Shown piece by piece: positions 58,059 through 64,000 of a stretch of DNA of 64,000 nt. The DNA is from Eledone cirrhosa. Taxonomy: Eukaryota. The notes beneath the pieces were generated by a model. It ran no database searches. It was not told the DNA's origin and saw only the letters and a program-made list of their open reading frames with translations. The stretch covers positions 260,338,001 to 260,402,000 of the forward strand of contig OZ024741.1 of assembly GCA_964016885.1 (NCBI GenBank), read 5' to 3'. Positions within the stretch are counted from its first letter, which is position 1. Every line of letters starts with the position of its first letter. A program made the position numbers and the translations under genes.

Positions 58059-58919
58059 GTTTCGCTTTACGAGTGTTTCGACTTACGAGTGTTTCGACAT
58101 ACGAGTGTTTCGACTTCCGAATGTTTTTGCTTACGGGTGTTTCGACTTACGAATGTTTCGGCTTACGAGTGTTTCGGCTTACGAGTGTTCCGACTTACGA
58201 GTGTTTCGGCTTACGAGTGTTTCCGGCTTACGAGTGTTTCGACTTACGAATGTTTCGACTTTCGAGTGTTTTGACTTACGGTGTTTCGGCTTACGAGTGA
58301 TTCGACTTACGAGTGTTTTGACTTACGGGTGTTTTGACTTACGGGTGTTGTGAATTACCAGTGTTCCGATTTACGAGTGTTTTGACTTACGGTGTTTCGG
58401 CTTGCGAGTGTTTCGACTTACGAGTGTTTCGGCTTATGAGTGTTTCGACTTATGAGTGTTTCGACTTACGAGTGTTCTGACTTACGAATGTTCTGACTTA
58501 CGAGTGTTCCGACTTACGAGTGTTTCGGTTTACGAGTGTTTCGACATACGAGTGTTTTGACTTACGGGTGTTTCGACTTACGGGTGTTTCGACTTACGAG
58601 TGTTTTGGCTTACGAGTGTTTCGACTTACTAATGTTTTTACTTACGAGAGTTTGGTTTTAGAATGTTTTGACTTAACGATGTTTCGACTTACGAGTGTTT
58701 CGACTTACGAGTGTTTCGGCTTACGTGAGTTTCGACTTAAGAGTGTTCTGATTTACGAGTCTTCTGACTTGCGGGTGTTCTGATTTACGAGTGTTCCGAC
58801 TTACGAGTGTTTCGGCTTATGAGTGTTTCGACTTACGAGTGTTTCGGCTTATGAGTGTTTCGACTTATGGGTGTTTTGACTTACGAGTGTTTTTACTTAC
58901 GGTGTTTCGGCTTACGAGT

Positions 58920-61900
58920 GTTTCGACTTACGAATCTTTCGGCTTACGAGTGTTTCGACTTACTAATGTTTTTACTTACGAGTGTTTCGGCGTACGAGTG
59001 TTTCGACTTACGAGTGTTTCGACTTACGGGTGTTTTGACTTACGGGTGTTTCGGCTTACGAGTGTTTTGACTTACGAGTGTTTTGACTTAAGGGTGTTTC
59101 GACTTACGAGTATTTCTGGCTTACGAGTGTTTCGACTTACGAGTGTTTTGACTTACGAGTGTTCTGATTTACGGATGTTTCGACATACGAGTGTTTCGAC
59201 TTACGAGTGTTTCGACTTATGAGTGTTTCGACATACGAGTGTTTCGGCTTATGAGTGTTTCGACTTACGAGTGCTTCGGCTTACGAGTGTTTCGACTTAC
59301 GAGTATTTCGGCTTACGAGTGTTTCGACGTACGAAAGTTTTGGCTTACGAGTGTTTCGGCTTATGAGTGTTTCAGTGTTTCGGCTTACGTGTGTTTCGAC
59401 TTACGAGTGTTTCGACTTACGACTGTTTCGGCTTACCAGTGTATCGGCTTATGAGTGTTTCGGCTTACGAGTGTTTTGACTTACGAGTGTTTTGACTTAC
59501 GATTGTTTGGCTTACGAGTGTTTCGACTTACGAGTGTTTTGACTTACGATGTTTCGGCTTACGAGTGTTTCGACATACGAGTGTTTTGACGTACGGGTGT
59601 TTCGACTTACGGGTCTTTCGACTTAAGAGTGTTTCGACTTGCGAGTGTTTCGGCTTATGAGGGTTTCGACTTACGAGTGCTTCGGCTTACGAGTGTTCTG
59701 ACTTACGGGTGTTCTGACTTACGAGTGTTCCGACTTACGAGTGTTTCGGCTTATAAGGGTTTCGACTTACGAGTGCTTCGGCTTACGAGTGTTTCGACTT
59801 ACGAGTGTTATGACTTACGGGTGTTTTGACATACGAGTGTTTCGACATACGAGTGTTTTGACTTACGGGTGTTTTGACAAACGAGTGTTTCGATACGAGT
59901 GTTCTGACTTACGAGTGTTCTGACTTACGAGTGTTCTGACTTACGAGTGTTTCGACATACGAGTGTTTTGACTTACGGGTGTTTCGACTTACGAGTGTTT
60001 TGACTTACGAATGTTTTGACTTACGGGTGTTTCGGCTTACGAGTGTTTCGACTTACGAGTGTTTCGGCTTACGAGTGTTTCGACTTACTAATGTTTTTAC
60101 TTACGAGTGTTTCGGCGTACGAGAGTTTTGACTTACGAGTGTTTCGACTTACGAGTGTTTCGACTTACGAGTATTTTGACTTACGAATGTTTTGACTTAC
60201 GGGTGTTTCGGCTTACGAGTGTTTCGACTTACGAGTGTTTCGACTTACGAGTATTTTGACTTACGAATGTTTTGACTTACGGGTGTTTCGGCTTACGAGT
60301 GTTTCGACTTACGAGTCTTTCGGCTTACGAGTGTTTTGACTTACGAGTGTTTTGACTTAAGGGTGTTTCGACTTACGAGTATTTTTGGCTTACGAGTGTT
60401 TCGACTTACGAGTGTTTTGACTTACGAGTGTTCTGATTTACGGATGTTTCGACATACGAGTGTTTCGACTTACGAGTGTTTCGACTTATGAGTGTTTCGA
60501 CTTACGAGTGTTTCGACTTACGAGTGTTTCGGCTTATGATTGTTTCGACTTACGAGTGTTTTGACTTACGGTTTTTCAGCTTACGAGTGTTTCGACTTAC
60601 GAGTGTTTTGACTTACGGGTGTTTTGACATACGAGTGTTTCGATACGAGTGTTCTGACTTACGAGTGTTCTGACTTACGAGTGTTTTGACTTACGAGTGT
60701 TCTGACTTACGAGTGTTCCGACTTGCGAGTGTTCCGACTTAAGAGTGTTTCGACTTACGAGTGTTTCGACTTTCGAGTGTTTTGACTTACGGTGTTTCGG
60801 CCTGCGAGTGTTTCGACTTACGAGTGTTTCGGCTTATGAGTGTTTCGACTTACTAATGTTTTTACTTACGAGTGATTCGACTTACGAGTGTTTTGACTTA
60901 CGGGTGTTTTGACTTACGGGTGTTGTGAATTACCAGTGTTCCGATTTACGAGTGTTTTGACTTACGGTGTTTCGGCTTGCGAGTGTTTCGACTTACGAGT
61001 GTTTCGGCTTATGAGTGTTTCGACTTACTAATGTATTTACTTACGAGTGTTTCGGCGTTCGAGTGTTTTGACTTACGAGTGTTTCGACTTACGAGTGTTT
61101 TGACTTACGAATGTTTTGACTTACGGGTGTTTCCGCTCACGGGTGTTTCGACTTACGAGTGTTTCGACTTATGAGTGTTTCGACTTACGAGTGTTCTGAC
61201 TTACGAGTGTTCTGACTTACGAGTGTTCCGACTTACGAGTGTTTCGGTTTACGAGTGTTTCGACATACGAGTGTTTTGACTTACGGGTGTTTCGACTTAC
61301 GGGTGTTTCAACTTACGAGTGTTTCGGCTTACGAGTGTTTCGAAATACTAATGTTTTTACTTACGAGTGTTTCGGTGTACGAATGTTTTGACTTAAGGAT
61401 GTTTCGACTTACGAGTGTTTCGACTTACGAGTGTTTCGGCTTACGTGAGTTTCGACTTAAGAGTGTTCTGATTTACGAGTGTTCTGATTTGCGGGTGTTC
61501 TGATTTACGAGTGTTCCGACTTACGAGTGTTTCGGCTTATGAGGGTTTCGACTTACGAGTGTTTCGGCTTACGAGTGTTTCGACTTATGGGTGTTTCGAC
61601 TTACGAGTGTTTTTACTTACGGTGTTTCGGCTTACGAGTGTTTCGACATACGAGTGTTTTGACTTACGGGTGTTTCGGCTTACGAGTGTTTCGACTTACG
61701 AGAGTTTCGGCTTACGAGTGTTTCGACTTACTAATGTTTTTACTTACGAGTGTTTCGGCGTACGAGAGTTTTGACTTACGAGTGTTTCGACTTACGAGTG
61801 TTTTGACTTACAAATGTTTTGACTTACGGGTGTTTCGGCTTATGAGTGTTTCGACTTACGAGTCTTTCGGCTTATGAGTGTTTCGACTTACTAATGTTTT

Positions 61901-64000
61901 TACTTACGAGTGTTTCGGCGTACGAGAGTTTTGACTTACGAGTGTTCTGATTTACGGATGTTTCGACATACGAGTGTTTCGACTTACGAGTGTTTCGACT
62001 TATGAGTGTTTCGACTTACGAGTGTTTCGGCTTACGAGTGTTTCGACTTACGAGTGTTTTGACTTACGGTGTTTCGGCTTACGAGTGTTTCGACTTACGA
62101 GTGTTTTGACTTACGGGTGTTTTGACATACGAGTGTTTCGATACGAGTGTTCTGACTTACGAGTGTTCTGACTTACGAGTGTTCTGACTTACGAGTGTTC
62201 CGACTTACGAGTGTTCCGACTTACGAGTGTTTCGGCTTACGAGTGTTTCCGGCTTACGAGTGTTTCGACTTCCGAGTGTTTTGACTTACGGTGTTTCGGC
62301 TTACGAGTGATTCGACTTACGAGTGTTTTGACTTACGGGTGATTTGACGTACGGGTGTTGTAAATTACGAGTGTTCCGATTTACGAGTGTTTTGACTTAC
62401 GGTGTTTCGGCTTGCGAGTGTTTCGACTTACGAGTGTTTCGGCTTATGGGTGTTTCGACTTACTGTTTTTACTTACGAGTGTTTCGGCGTACGAGTGTTT
62501 TGACTTACGAGTGTTTCGACTTACGAGTGTTTCGACTTACGAGTGTTTCGGCTTACGTGAGTTTCGACTTAAGTGTGTTCTGATTTACGAGTGTTCTGAC
62601 TTGAGGGTGTTCTGATTTACGAGTGTTCCGACTTACGAGTGTTTCGGCTTATGAGTGTTTCGACTTACGAGTGTTTCGGCTTACGAGTGTTTCGACTTAT
62701 GGGTGTTTCGACTTACGAGTGTTTTTACTTACGGTGTTTCGACTTACGAGTGTTTTGACTTACGAATGTTTTGACTTACGGGTGTTTCGGCTTACGAGTG
62801 TTTCGACTTACTAATGTTCTTACTTACGTGTGTTTCGGCGTACGAGAGTTTTGACTTACGAGTGTTTCGACTTACGAGTGTTTCGACTTACGAGTGTTTT
62901 GACTTACGAATGTTTTGACTTACGGGTGTTTCGGCTTAAGAGTGTTTCGACTTACGAGTCTTTCGGCTTACGAGTGTTTCGACTTACTAATGTTTTTACT
63001 TACGAGTGTTTCGGCGTACGAGTGTTTCGACTTACGAGTGTTTAGACTTAAGGGTGTTTCGGCTTACGTGTGTTTTGACTTACGAGTGTTTTGACTTAAG
63101 GGTGTTTCGACTTACGAGTATTTTTGGCTTACGAGTGTTTCGACTTACGAGTGTTTTGACTTACGAGTGTTCTGATTTACGGATGTTTCGACATACGAGT
63201 GTTTCGACTTACGAGTGTTTCGACTTATGAGTGTTTCGACTTACGAGTGCTTCGGCTTACGAGTGTTTCGACTTACGAGTATTTCGGCTTACGAGTGTTT
63301 CGACGTACGAATGTTTTGGCTTACGAGTGTTTCGGCTTATGAGTGTTTCGGCTTACGAGTGTTTCGACTTACGAGTGTTTCGGCTTACGAGTGTTTCAGT
63401 GTTTCGGCTTACGTGTGTTTCGACTTACGAGTGTTTCGACTTACGACTGTTTCGGCTTACGAGTATTTCGGCTTACGAGTGTTTCGGCTTACGAGTGTTT
63501 TGACTTACGAGTGTTTTGACTTACGATTGTTTGGCTTTCGAGTGTTCTGACTTACGGGTGTTCTGACTTACGAGTGTTCCGACTTACGAGTGTTTCAGCT
63601 TATGAGGGTTTCGACTTACGAGTGCTTCGGCTTACGAGTGTTTCGACTTACGAGTGTTTCGGCTTACGAGTGTTTTGACTTACGGTGTTTCGGCTTACGA
63701 GTGTTTCGACATACGAGTGTTTTGACGTACGGGTATTTCGACTGACGGGTGTTTCGGCGTATGAGTGTTTTGACTTACGAGTGCTTCGACTTACGAGTGA
63801 TTCGACTTACGAGTGTTTCGAATTACGAGTGTTTCGACTTACGAGTGTTATGACTTACGGGTGTTTTGACATACGAGTGTTTCGATACGAGTGTTCTGAC
63901 TTACGAGTGTTCTGACTTACGAGTGTTCTGACTTACGAGTGTTTCGACATACGAGTGTTTTGACTTACGGGTGTTTCGACTTACGAGTGTTCTGACTTAC
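58920..64000. repeat. Further dispersed HOR copy matching the 43.7-47.35-kb block and continuing into the 54.9-56.6-kb block
   Basis: Offsets 15220/15172 (43971/59191, 44457/59629, 45304/60476, 46083/61255, 47172/62344) and 7413 (54931/62344, 55210/62623, 55802/63215). Confidence 0.85.

Larger units (their letters stand above)
50231..58575. repeat. Near-identical tandem duplication of a ~4.0/4.3-kb HOR unit that carries one 69-bp element per unit
   Basis: Offset 3990 (50571/54561, 50941/54931, 51220/55210), then 4311 (51491/55802, 52348/56659, 53393/57704, 53762/58073, inserts 53679/57990); 321-bp indel near 51480. Confidence 0.9.
1..64000. repeat. Tandem satellite DNA array, 16-bp monomer GACTTACGAGTGTTTC, about 4,000 head-to-tail copies in one orientation, running to both window edges
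   Basis: The monomer is readable in every line. Common variants are TTTC>TTTT/TTCT/TTCC, GAC>GGC, CGAG>CGGG/CGAA/TGAG and CTTA>CATA. The ORF track shows the 16-aa period RVFRLTSVSTYECFDL, equal to 3 monomers (48 bp). Confidence 0.99.

Noticed and set aside
62-63915. Numerous + strand ORFs encoding (RVFRLTSVSTYECFDL)n, up to 231 aa
   Set aside because: The + strand consensus has no stop codon, and a 16-bp period gives the same peptide in all three frames. Stops arise mainly from TGA variants. The - strand has TAA in every monomer, so it has no ORFs. Most starts are GTG/TTG, and 14-, 15- and 17-bp monomers shift frame freely.
1-64000. Possible telomeric repeat (GT-rich strand; TACGGATGT and GGTGTACG variants recall Candida-type telomere units)
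   Set aside because: Those matches occur only in minor variants. The array is at least 64 kb, highly variant, and organised in recombination-type HORs with inserts, which is unlike a telomerase-templated tract. A subtelomeric location is not excluded.
1-64000. Inversions or strand switches in the array
   Set aside because: I saw no reverse-complement monomer (GAAACACTCGTAAGTC) anywhere in the window.

Overview
The whole 64-kb window is one head-to-tail tandem satellite array, all in one orientation, built from a 16-bp monomer (consensus GACTTACGAGTGTTTC, roughly 4,000 copies). It is most likely eukaryotic heterochromatic or centromere-like DNA, but the organism cannot be determined from the sequence. 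I find no credible protein-coding gene, RNA gene, CRISPR array or intact transposon. All listed ORFs are artefacts of a + strand consensus that lacks stop codons. The only non-monomer DNA is a 68-69-bp AT-rich element present in 8 near-identical copies, always at the same phase of the monomer. Monomer variants are ordered into recurring modules and kb-scale higher-order repeats (about 1.9-2.0 and 3.6-4.3 kb). These define layers: a more heterogeneous, insert-rich layer (1-7.5 kb, plus a related island at about 40.5-42.45 kb), an insert-free HOR domain (about 7.5-40.5 kb), and a recently duplicated mosaic domain (about 43.5-64 kb). HOR boundaries were read by eye from diagnostic variants and ORF-track offsets and are approximate.
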